A stretch of 64,000 nucleotides of DNA from Promethearchaeota archaeon (GTDB lineage: Archaea > Asgardarchaeota > Lokiarchaeia > Sigyniarchaeales > SOKP01), in contig JAHLWS010000071.1 of NCBI GenBank assembly GCA_019057795.1, positions 32,001-96,000 of the forward strand, read 5' to 3'. A program made the position numbers and the translations under genes. Below, in pieces: positions 51,252 through 60,365 of the stretch. Below the pieces are notes generated by a model that was not told the origin of the DNA, did no database searches, and saw nothing but the letters and a program-made list of their open reading frames with translations. The number at the start of each line of letters is the position of its first letter. The stretch's first letter is position 1.

Positions 51252-52502
51252 TTGGTTAAAATGAGCGAAAAAAACCAAGAAAACCCAGAAATTACCAAGA
51301 TAAAAGATTTCGTGAAAGATGGCAGAATTGACGACGCAGTCAAGATTATTGCGCTCTATCTTGGAGATTCAACTCAAGAAGATTATATAGAAAGACTTGA
51401 AGATATAATCGAAATGCTATTGTCTCTCCATGGTGGACAAACCGTCTTAAGGTTTCTAATAGAACGCTTTGTTATTGACATCCCGTCTTTATTAGAAAAC
51501 CTCTCGAAGCGCGATTCTGTCTTAAGATATAGCTTTCTTTTACTCTTGAAGACGATGTGTGAGCAAGAATGTTCTATTTTTCTTCCCTATAGTGAAGATT
51601 TATTAAGCTCTGAAGATCCAAACGTTAGAGAAGCCATTTTACAGCTTATAATATTTATGGCAGGAGGAGAAAAAGATATCGTGGACGAGATGTTGATTGA
51701 AAAGATCGTTAGTACCTTAACTGATGAAAAAGATTTCGTAGTTGAGAAAGCAGTTCAAGCGTTAAAAGTTATAGGTAGAAATAATCCTTCCTCAGTCACC
51801 AAGTTAATTACTCATTATGTTAAAGAAAATCCCGAGAACGAAGAATTAAAAAAGGTTGTAGATATTGTGCTAAAATCAATCGTTACAGTTGAGAAAATCG
51901 ATGAACTAGTTGAAGAGAGTGAGAAAAGGGAACCCACAGATAAGGAATTAATAGAAAAAGAAGAGGCAAAAATTATCGATAAGGAACTCGAATTAAAGAA
52001 GAAAGAAATAGAAATCAAGAAAAAAAAGTTGGAATTAGAAGAGAAAGAAAAAGAAATAGAAGAGAAAATTATTCAAGAAAAAGAAAAAACACTTAAATTA
52101 AAAGAAGAAATCATTGAACAAGAGAGTAAAGAACAATCTGATATTGATATTATATCAGATGAAATCCCCAAAAAAGTAAAAAAGCAATTAAAGAAAGAAG
52201 AATCTGAAATTCTCGATCAAGAAATCCTTCTAAAAAAGAAAGATTTAGAAATTAAAAAAAAAAAGCTCGAATTAGAATTTAAAGAACGCGAGATTGAAGA
52301 GTTGGCTATAATCGAGAAAGAGAAAACCTTGAAACTCAAAGAAGAACTAATAGAAAAAGAAAGTGAATTATCGCAAGTAGAAATCGAATTACATCAAAAG
52401 AAAATCGAAGAGAAAGAGAGAAAAATTTTGGAAGATGAATTAGAAAGAGCGAAAGATAAAATAGAAGAGCTTGAAAAAGAAGCTGAAGATGGCGAAGGCT
52501 AA
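51252..52502 (+). CDS. HEAT/ARM-like N-terminus plus charged coiled coil with internal duplication
   Basis: LLSSEDPNVRE and LTDEKDFVVEKAVQAL; duplicated KKK.EIKKKKLELE.KE.EIEE..I.EKEKTLKLKEE. Confidence 0.8.
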   Translation: MVKMSEKNQENPEITKIKDFVKDGRIDDAVKIIALYLGDSTQEDYIERLEDIIEMLLSLHGGQTVLRFLIERFVIDIPSLLENLSKRDSVLRYSFLLLLKTMCEQECSIFLPYSEDLLSSEDPNVREAILQLIIFMAGGEKDIVDEMLIEKIVSTLTDEKDFVVEKAVQALKVIGRNNPSSVTKLITHYVKENPENEELKKVVDIVLKSIVTVEKIDELVEESEKREPTDKELIEKEEAKIIDKELELKKKEIEIKKKKLELEEKEKEIEEKIIQEKEKTLKLKEEIIEQESKEQSDIDIISDEIPKKVKKQLKKEESEILDQEILLKKKDLEIKKKKLELEFKEREIEELAIIEKEKTLKLKEELIEKESELSQVEIELHQKKIEEKERKILEDELERAKDKIEELEKEAEDGEG

Positions 52503-52525
52503 ATTATTTAAACATCGACTAATTT

Positions 52526-53578
52526 TTATTCTTCTTCTTCGTCATCAACCGCATCTAAATTGATGCTTGAATTTGGTTTATTCTCGCTTATTGGCGTTAC
52601 ATATAATCTTTTCACAATTGCTCTTATAGTCTCTATTTTTAAGCTATCAGGTGGCAAGCCTTTTTGAATGTCCTTTGCAAGTTTGTAAGCCAGTTCTATA
52701 TATTTTAAATCTTCGAGAAATTCTACAATTTGTATCTTATAATCGTTATCGTCGATTCCAGATCCATATTCCAACAATTTTTCTTTCAATAAAATATCAA
52801 TTTTTTCAGTTCTCTCAATGTAACGTATTTTTTTAACTAATTGGTTGAATGAATTGAAAATATTATATAACTCTGAACGGGGATAATCGTCTATATTTTT
52901 TAAAATGTAAAATGTAAAAAGTTCTGCTTTTTCATAACGCTTGACCCTTAAACTTATTGCTAATAGCTCGAGAAGTGCTTGCTCGTAAAGAAATTTACTT
53001 CCGATATTTGGAACGATTTTATCAAAAACCCAATCAATGAGGTTAGGCTGGTTAAATCTTTCAGCAACATCAATTAAGAGCTTAATTACAGCAAAATAAA
53101 GCTTAGCATTTTCTGTTTTGGTAGCTGTTAGAAACGAAACTAACGAATACTTGATTCTTCCCATAGCATCTTCCAAGTTGGTGGGGGTTTCGGCGAATTT
53201 ATAAAATGCCGATTCTAAAATGGGTTGGACTTTGTCTCTATTTTTAAAATCGTAAACGAAATATTCGCCCCAATTTGGACCAACTTTTTCAACCTTTTCA
53301 ACTCCTTTTTTCTCTCCTTTTTTAATTTTAGCCAGTTTGGGGGTCCTCGGTTTAGCCTCTTTTAATTTTTCTAACTGAACTTTTACTTCTTCTTCAGATA
53401 AAAATTCAAGAACAATTTTGTTTTTCTCATTTGGAACAATAATTTTAAAGAAAACCTCTTCATCTTCGCTAAAGAGAGCTTCTCTTAATTCTTTTGGAAA
53501 TGTTACGCCAGTTTTAGTTTTTTTTATAATATCCTCAAAAAAAAAATCGTCGTTAGGTTTTTTCTCTTCTTGTGTCAT
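52526..53578 (-). CDS. Hypothetical protein: AbrB-like N-terminus plus helical repeats
   Basis: GVTFPKELREAL resembles the AbrB/SpoVT swapped hairpin; the remainder is all-alpha. Confidence 0.6.
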   Translation of the reverse strand: MTQEEKKPNDDFFFEDIIKKTKTGVTFPKELREALFSEDEEVFFKIIVPNEKNKIVLEFLSEEEVKVQLEKLKEAKPRTPKLAKIKKGEKKGVEKVEKVGPNWGEYFVYDFKNRDKVQPILESAFYKFAETPTNLEDAMGRIKYSLVSFLTATKTENAKLYFAVIKLLIDVAERFNQPNLIDWVFDKIVPNIGSKFLYEQALLELLAISLRVKRYEKAELFTFYILKNIDDYPRSELYNIFNSFNQLVKKIRYIERTEKIDILLKEKLLEYGSGIDDNDYKIQIVEFLEDLKYIELAYKLAKDIQKGLPPDSLKIETIRAIVKRLYVTPISENKPNSSINLDAVDDEEEE

Positions 53579-53630
53579 ATTTATTTAGGAAATATAATTT
53601 TTTAATTATATGTTGTAAAGATATACAGAT

Positions 53631-54224
53631 TTACCCTGTAATATTTACTAATTCTACACCTCTAACGGCGTAATTTTTATCTATGAAACATAGAATCGCA
53701 TGTCCTTTATGAATATAGACAATTGGCACTGGATGTGATTCAGAGTTCTCAATAAAGCTTCTTTTAACCGTAATTGGGAGCACGGTATTACATACCCTGC
53801 ATGGTACCATAATTTCATTGACTAAATCGAGTGAATTAAAATCTTTAATTATTTTGTTAATTTCTTCTTTAAATGGATTAAACACAGTTGTAGAAAAGTT
53901 CCCAACATTGATGTAGGAATTAATATCATATATATCGTTAAAAACTTTTGAGACTTGTTCTATTAAGGCTTCTAACAATTGAAATTGAATCTCTGTATTA
54001 GAACCCGTCGTATATATTAAATTTTCTAACCGTATATGGACAATTTTCATATTTCCTCTAGATAAATGAAAGAAAATATTACTTACAGGATTCTGTTTAA
54101 CAACATTTAAATCTAAGATATAACTTTTTAAAGATCTTGGAGGTTTCCATTCGAAAATAGTAAATTCATCTGTACTGATGTTTATGAACTCGAGATTTTG
54201 CAATATTTTCGTATAGTCTACCAT
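53631..54224 (-). CDS. Longin-like domain plus C-terminal CxxC/His beta domain
   Basis: Beta-beta-alpha-beta-beta-beta-alpha-alpha pattern ending F..F..EI..II; CRVC...H..H..ID.N..VRG. Confidence 0.55.
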   Translation of the reverse strand: MVDYTKILQNLEFINISTDEFTIFEWKPPRSLKSYILDLNVVKQNPVSNIFFHLSRGNMKIVHIRLENLIYTTGSNTEIQFQLLEALIEQVSKVFNDIYDINSYINVGNFSTTVFNPFKEEINKIIKDFNSLDLVNEIMVPCRVCNTVLPITVKRSFIENSESHPVPIVYIHKGHAILCFIDKNYAVRGVELVNITG

Positions 54225-54404
54225 TCAAATCTACAAAATTTTTTTTTATTTTAATATTATTTATTATATTTTCGATAAAAATTAACTCGATTTGATTAAA
54301 TAATTATTATTTATAATATAAACCATACACTATTATAATGATTTAAATATATGTATATTACTATTAGACTATATTATAGAAGAAATTAATGAAATAAGTT
54401 TTTA

Positions 54405-54539
54405 TTAGATCGGATATTGTCCGGATGTTTTTAGCGTTCTCATAATAGCCTTCATATTGTCTACGGGCAATTCATGGGGAATTTCATACCCAAATGCAGG
54501 CCAATATCAGCCTCCTTCAGCAGCTATCATTAATTCTTT
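54405..54539 (-). pseudogene. C-terminal remnant of a URO-D-family methyltransferase
   Basis: KELMIAAEGG*YWPAFGYEIPHELPVDNMKAIMRTLKTSGQYPI* aligns to the C-terminus of the ORF at 40621..41772. Confidence 0.7.
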
Positions 54540-54592
54540 TCTTTAATTTTAATACTGAAACATAAATATCAAAAAATGGAAATTTTAAAATT

Positions 54593-55423
54593 ATGAATTT
54601 CGCAAAGATCAATGGTTTAAAATTATCTTATCGAGTTTACGGAACTGGCTTTCCTATTATCTTTATTCACGCTTATGGCGCAAAAAAAGAAATATGGAAA
54701 ACTCAAGTAGTAGATTTAAGTAAAAAATTCCAAGCTATTACATTTGACCTCCGAGGCACTGGAGAGTCTGATCGACCTAATATTCCATACACCATGAAAA
54801 TGCTAGCGGAAGATGTAAAGGGTTTAATGGACTTTATTGGCGTTGAAAAAGTTCATTTAATTGGTCGCTCCTTTGGCGGAATGATTGCCCAACATTTTGC
54901 GCTACAATATCCCAAAAAAGTCGATAAATTAATCTTAATCGCTACTAATTTCGGTCGAGTTGATACAGATTGGGTCGAGATTCCTAAAAAAGGGCGCCTT
55001 GAAGAGATTGAGATGATTAAACACAATCCTTTAAAGGCTTTTAAGCAAAAATCGCGTTGGGTTTTTCACGTAAAGTTCAGAAAAGAGATGGAAGCTAATC
55101 CAGGCAAAAGATTTTTCGACATTTTTTCTATGGAAGATTTAATCAGAGAAAGCACGATCAATCCATCAAGACCCCAAGATGTAATAAATCAAGCAGAGGC
55201 TATGAAAACACATTATACTCTAGAAAGATTACATGAAATTAAAAATGAAACGCTTCTGATAGCAGCGTCCCATGATCGACAAACTCCCGTTTCAGTTATG
55301 GCTGAAATTCATAGAAGAATCCCTAACAGCGAATTAAAAGTTGTTAATAATGCAGGTCATTTTATGACGCTTTCAAGAGCCTCGGAAGTTAACGATATAA
55401 TTCTAAACTTTTTAAAAAATTAA
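54593..55423 (+). CDS. Alpha/beta hydrolase
   Basis: DLRGTGES, GRSFGG nucleophile elbow, catalytic D and GH. Confidence 0.9.
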   Translation: MNFAKINGLKLSYRVYGTGFPIIFIHAYGAKKEIWKTQVVDLSKKFQAITFDLRGTGESDRPNIPYTMKMLAEDVKGLMDFIGVEKVHLIGRSFGGMIAQHFALQYPKKVDKLILIATNFGRVDTDWVEIPKKGRLEEIEMIKHNPLKAFKQKSRWVFHVKFRKEMEANPGKRFFDIFSMEDLIRESTINPSRPQDVINQAEAMKTHYTLERLHEIKNETLLIAASHDRQTPVSVMAEIHRRIPNSELKVVNNAGHFMTLSRASEVNDIILNFLKN

Positions 55424-55550
55424 TATATTTTAGTTATTCTAATTATGTTTAAGATATTTTTTCTATGTTAAACAAATAGATTTTTATATCTTTAGATTGA
55501 AACTGTTTATTATACAATACAATTCTATTAAAATTAATTTTGTGTTTAAA

Positions 55551-57245
55551 ATGAAGGATTATTCAGATTGGGAACCGATTTACGATTATGAAAATGAATC
55601 TCCATATCTCGAGAATCACGATCGCCCATGGCTACAGTTTAGGGAACCAAACATCCCAAAATCGATCAAATTTGAACCTATTCCGGTTCACGAATTTATT
55701 AAATTAGCAGCTAAAGAATTTCCAAATAATGTGTGTGTTTATCACAAAGCAACTGATAAAAAATACACATATCGCGAATTAATCTATATTTCTGACAGAT
55801 TAGCGAACGCTTTGGTACAATTAGGTGTCAAGAAGGGAGATCAAGTTGGGATTATGACAGGAAATTGTCCTGAATTTTTATTTTGCGTTCTGGGTATAAT
55901 GGAAACGGGAGCTATAGTAGTTCCAATCAATCCATTACTTAAAGAAAGCGACGTAGCTCACATAGTTAAAGAATCTGGAAATATGAATACGGTATTTGTA
56001 CATAAAGCGAACTTTAGAACGATAAAAAAAGTTCATAAAAAAATAAAATTAGAAAATATAATATTACTACAAGCTGAAGCAGCTAAAGAAGGTACTATAA
56101 CTTTTGAGGAATTTATAGAGGATGTAGCCCCAGTCCAACCAGATATAGAAATTGATCCTTCAAACGATCTAGCAGCTTTATTGTTTACTGGGGGTACTAC
56201 TGGATTACCAAAAGGGGTAATGTTAACTCATACTAATTTTGTTTCTTGCGCGCTTTCAACTCTATTAATGGCAGGAGAAACTGAAGAAAATGAAAGCACT
56301 TTCGGTAAAACTGTTAATTTATCAGTTATTCCTTTATGTCATTCTTTTGGTTTTTTAGTTTTGATAGCTGCGTCTTTTGGGGCGGCCATGCTCGTAATGT
56401 TTCCATCATTCAACGCCTCTGTAATTCTAGAAGCAATTGAATATTATCGAGTTACTAATTATATTGGAGTTCCTGTTATGTATCAAATGTTAATTAACTC
56501 CCCTGATTTTACAGAGCGAGACCTTTCCAGCCTCGAAGAAGCAAATTCTGGTTCGGCGGCATTGGCCCCTGAGTTGGCTAAAAAATGGGAAAAAATTGTT
56601 GGTACTAAAGTAGGTCAAGGTTTTGGCTTAACTGAAACATCACCAATTACACATTTGGCAGCTAAATGGATGCCTGAAATTCGATCAGAGAGTATAGGCG
56701 TACCCATTATTGATACAGATGCTAAAATTGTTAATCCCGAAACCTTGGAAGAACTTAAACCGAACGAGATTGGAGAATTATTAATAAAAGGACCTCAAAT
56801 AATGAAGGGATACTGGAAAAGCCCCGAGGAAACAAATAAAACGATAATCAATGGTTGGTTAAGGACAGGAGACCTCGCAAGAATGGATGAACAAGGATAT
56901 TTCTATATCGAAGGCCGTACTAAAGATATCATTAAATATAAAGGATACAAGGTCATGCCTCGAGAAGTCGAAGAAAAATTGTACGAACACCCTGCTATTT
57001 TAGAAGCTGGCGTAGTATCTGCTCCAGACCCAAACATCGGCGAAACTATTAAAGCATATGTGGTGTTAAAACCAGAATACAAAGACGGAAAAGTTACTGA
57101 ACGCGACATATTTGAATGGGCCAAAGAACGGTTAGCAGGTTACAAGTATCCTCGTAAAATTGAGTTTATAAATGTTTTACCAAGAACTACTGTAGGCAAA
57201 ATATTTAGAAGAAAATTGAGAGAAAGAGCGTTCAAAGAAAGCTAA
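55551..57245 (+). CDS. Long-chain fatty acid--CoA ligase
   Basis: FTGGTTGLPKG, GFGLTET, WLRTGD, GRTKD, GKIFRR; likely start is the ATG at 55551. Confidence 0.92.
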   Translation: MKDYSDWEPIYDYENESPYLENHDRPWLQFREPNIPKSIKFEPIPVHEFIKLAAKEFPNNVCVYHKATDKKYTYRELIYISDRLANALVQLGVKKGDQVGIMTGNCPEFLFCVLGIMETGAIVVPINPLLKESDVAHIVKESGNMNTVFVHKANFRTIKKVHKKIKLENIILLQAEAAKEGTITFEEFIEDVAPVQPDIEIDPSNDLAALLFTGGTTGLPKGVMLTHTNFVSCALSTLLMAGETEENESTFGKTVNLSVIPLCHSFGFLVLIAASFGAAMLVMFPSFNASVILEAIEYYRVTNYIGVPVMYQMLINSPDFTERDLSSLEEANSGSAALAPELAKKWEKIVGTKVGQGFGLTETSPITHLAAKWMPEIRSESIGVPIIDTDAKIVNPETLEELKPNEIGELLIKGPQIMKGYWKSPEETNKTIINGWLRTGDLARMDEQGYFYIEGRTKDIIKYKGYKVMPREVEEKLYEHPAILEAGVVSAPDPNIGETIKAYVVLKPEYKDGKVTERDIFEWAKERLAGYKYPRKIEFINVLPRTTVGKIFRRKLRERAFKES

Positions 57246-57369
57246 GAGAAAAAAATATTTTAAATTATTTATCACACTTTTTTTACTTAAATTCATCAAT
57301 AATTTATGTTTTAAATATAACATCAGTATAATTTAATTTAATAAGTTATGCGATATTTAGGGGAAAAAT

Positions 57370-58788
57370 ATGAATAAAGATGATATTTGTTTTATGTCCG
57401 CTTGCGATATGGTTGATGCGATAAGAAACCAAGAATTAACATCTGAAGAAATAACCGAAACGATTATTGAAAGAATTGAGAAAGTAAATCCAATTATTAA
57501 CGCATATTGTACTCCTACTTTCGATTTAGCAATAAAGTTAGCTAAAAAAGCCGATGATGCGGTCAAAAAAGGTGCCAAATTAGGTAAATTGAATGGTGTT
57601 CCAACATCAATTAAAGATCTTGCAATGACTAAGGGAATTAGAACTACTTTTGGTTCGAAAATATACGAACATTTTATCCCAGATGAAGATGTTATTTATG
57701 TAAAAAGACTTAGAGAAGCAGGATGTGTTATTTTAGGAAAAACCAACACTCCAGAATTTGGATTTAAAGGAGCTACGGATAATTTAATTTTCGGTATCAC
57801 ACGCAATCCATGGCATTTAGAAAAGACTTCTGGAGGATCGAGTGGTGGAGCTGCTGCCTCAGTTGCTTCTGGAATGGGACCATTAGCGCAAGGGTCAGAT
57901 GGGGGTGGTTCTATTAGGCATCCTGCTGGTTTTTGTGGTGTATATGGCATTAAACCAAGTTTTGGCAGGGTAGCCATATATCCTAGACAAACCCTTTTGG
58001 CTCAAACTTTATCTGTTGCTGGACCAATTGTAAGATATGTAAAAGATGCTGCGCTAATGTTAGACGTTATGAAAGGCTTTTACGAAGGAGACAGATTTTC
58101 AATACCATCAGATAATATCGATTATTTAGAGTTAGTGAATGAAAAACCTGAAAAATTAAAAATTGGCTACACAATAGACTTAGGTTTCGCGAAAGTTATA
58201 GATCCTGAAGTAGAAAAGTCAATATTAAATTCGATAACTAAATTTGACGAATTTGGTTGGAGTATTGAAAAAGTCAAAATGAAGTTAAGAAAACCTGAAT
58301 TGCCATTTTATACTTTTTGGATTGCAATGATAGCTTACGACCTTAAGCAAAAGTTGAAAGAATGGGAAGACAAAATGGATCCCGATCTAGTAAAAATGGT
58401 CAAAGCAGGATTAGGATATGATGGAATGTCGCTACCAAAAGCGTTCGCTGCTCGTAACAAATTACATGAGACTATTTTCAAAATATTTAAAGAATTCGAT
58501 ATTTTAATAACTCCTACGACGGCAGTTCCAGCTTTTGATTTAGGTATAATGTTTCCCCCAAAAATTAACAACATTAATGTTTCACCTACGGGTTGGCAAC
58601 CATTTTCGTTTCCTTTCAATTTAACTGGTAACCCCGCAGCATCAATTCCATGTGGATGGTCTAGCGAGGGCTTACCTATAGGGATGCAGATAGTCGGAAG
58701 TATGTTTGACGAATTAAAAGTTTTACAAGTATCAAAAGCTTTTGAAGAAATCGCACCTTGGCAAGATAAAAGGCCTAACTTTGATTAA
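57370..58788 (+). CDS. Amidase-signature family protein
   Basis: GVPxxIKD, GKTNTPEF, GGSSGG, GSDGGGSIR. Confidence 0.93.
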   Translation: MNKDDICFMSACDMVDAIRNQELTSEEITETIIERIEKVNPIINAYCTPTFDLAIKLAKKADDAVKKGAKLGKLNGVPTSIKDLAMTKGIRTTFGSKIYEHFIPDEDVIYVKRLREAGCVILGKTNTPEFGFKGATDNLIFGITRNPWHLEKTSGGSSGGAAASVASGMGPLAQGSDGGGSIRHPAGFCGVYGIKPSFGRVAIYPRQTLLAQTLSVAGPIVRYVKDAALMLDVMKGFYEGDRFSIPSDNIDYLELVNEKPEKLKIGYTIDLGFAKVIDPEVEKSILNSITKFDEFGWSIEKVKMKLRKPELPFYTFWIAMIAYDLKQKLKEWEDKMDPDLVKMVKAGLGYDGMSLPKAFAARNKLHETIFKIFKEFDILITPTTAVPAFDLGIMFPPKINNINVSPTGWQPFSFPFNLTGNPAASIPCGWSSEGLPIGMQIVGSMFDELKVLQVSKAFEEIAPWQDKRPNFD

Positions 58789-58886
58789 TTTAATTTATTT
58801 TTCTTTTTAATTTTCATTTTAAACAAAATTTTTTACATCTAAATAATTTGCTAATCATGACTTAACTCAACAAAAACGATAATAAT

Positions 58887-59729
58887 ATGAATAAGAAACT
58901 TTTAAAAAGGGATATATCCACTTTCCAAGAAACTCAAGTAACAGAAGAATACCGCAATTTGAACTTTTCTATTGTTCTAATTCAACCAGAACACGCTGCA
59001 AATATCGGATCAATAGCCAGAGTAATGAAAAATTTTAATTTTAAAAGATTAGTAATTTTTAATCCGATCGAAAAAGTAGAAGTAATAAAAAGCTATAAAG
59101 CTCAAGGGTACGCCATGCACGGTAAAGATGTCTTGTTTAACTCTGAAATTTTAACTATCAAAGACAAAAAAGATTATTTATATAATTATAAAGAATTAAT
59201 GGAGCGGTTTGATTTAGTAATCGCTACTACGGCAAAAGGAAAACATTTTAGGAACATTAGGAGGCTAGCTACCTTCCCAGACGATTTAACACTACCGATC
59301 TCCGAGAATCCGTTACAAATTGCTTTAGTTTTTGGAAAGGAATCGCATGGACTAACGAACGAAGAGATTGAAGTTGCCGACATCTTGTTGAGGGTCCCTA
59401 CTAGCAATTCTTATCCTACATTAAACCTTTCTCATGCGTGTGGCATTATTTTATACGAGATTTTCAAAAAAATTAATGTTATTAATATCGGTCGAGGAGA
59501 AAAACCCGTTTTGTTGGCGAATAAGAACGAGAAGCAGGTACTTTATGATATTTTCAATAAATTAATTACGAAACTGAAAATTCGCACACATAAAAAAGAG
59601 AACGTTTTCTTCGCATTTAAAAATGTATTTGAAAGAGCATTTGTATCTAGGAAAGAAATAAGCCTTATTTTAAGCGTATTCTCAAAATTAGACTCGTTAA
59701 TAAAAAAGAGAAAAATATATAAAAATTAA
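58887..59729 (+). CDS. trmJ: tRNA methyltransferase, TrmJ/SPOUT family
   Basis: PEHAANIGSIARVMKNF, VFGKESHGLTNEE, YPTLNLSHA. Confidence 0.88.
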   Translation: MNKKLLKRDISTFQETQVTEEYRNLNFSIVLIQPEHAANIGSIARVMKNFNFKRLVIFNPIEKVEVIKSYKAQGYAMHGKDVLFNSEILTIKDKKDYLYNYKELMERFDLVIATTAKGKHFRNIRRLATFPDDLTLPISENPLQIALVFGKESHGLTNEEIEVADILLRVPTSNSYPTLNLSHACGIILYEIFKKINVINIGRGEKPVLLANKNEKQVLYDIFNKLITKLKIRTHKKENVFFAFKNVFERAFVSRKEISLILSVFSKLDSLIKKRKIYKN

Positions 59730-59734
59730 AATTT

Positions 59735-59953
59735 CTATAACGCCTTATAGTGTCTCGGCCTTCTGTTATAAGTTACAACTATTTTTTCGGGCATATCATT
59801 CAGAATTCGTTTAATAACTTTTGCGAGAGCATTATGAGTTTCATATCCCATAGCACTTGCCCATTCACTGGCTGTAGAAACTCCTAACTCCTTCAATTTA
59901 TCCAAACACATTTGCTCATAAGTCCTGGGGATTACAGTTTTTAATTTTAACGT
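59735..59953 (-). CDS. Unannotated small winged-helix protein (72 aa from ACG, or 58 aa from ATG at 59911)
   Basis: RTYEQMCLDKLKELGVSTASEWASAMGYETHNALAKVIKRILNDMPEKIVVTYNRRPRHYKAL; GTGAGGT SD 7 nt before an in-frame ACG. Confidence 0.65.
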   Translation of the reverse strand, partial: TLKLKTVIPRTYEQMCLDKLKELGVSTASEWASAMGYETHNALAKVIKRILNDMPEKIVVTYNRRPRHYKAL

Positions 59954-60365
59954 TTTTTTTACCTCACTTTTTAGTTATCTTATTTTTTTACTTATAAAAA
60001 ATTGCGAAAATCTTTATCCTAACGCAATCAGCTTTTTTCTAAACTAAATTTTCTTATCGAATAAAAATTAGAAGAAAGGCTATATAAAGAATGATGTAGT
60101 TCATTTGGAAACGAATACATGTTTTATGTAATAGGATTTAAATTGGCCAATTATGTTCTTTAAAAACTGATGTCGTTGAAATATTGCTATAAATACATTC
60201 TTTTTGACAAATTAGTAATATAAATTAAAGCAGATGATTTTGAGATTACCAATGATTTTAACTAGCATAGGAAATATTAAACTATCTAAAGAACTATAAG
60301 TTTTTATATTTTGATCAGAATAGTTTTACAAATTATACTTCAAAATAGGGTAAAAATTAAAATAT

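Noticed and set aside
54507-54509. In-frame TGA as possible selenocysteine
   Set aside because: It aligns to Gly of GGG in a truncated remnant, not to a Cys position, and no SECIS-like structure was recognised
60000-60360. Long intergenic region, possible decayed gene or RNA (similarly 62515-62700)
   Set aside because: No interpretable ORF, repeat or structure found by eye
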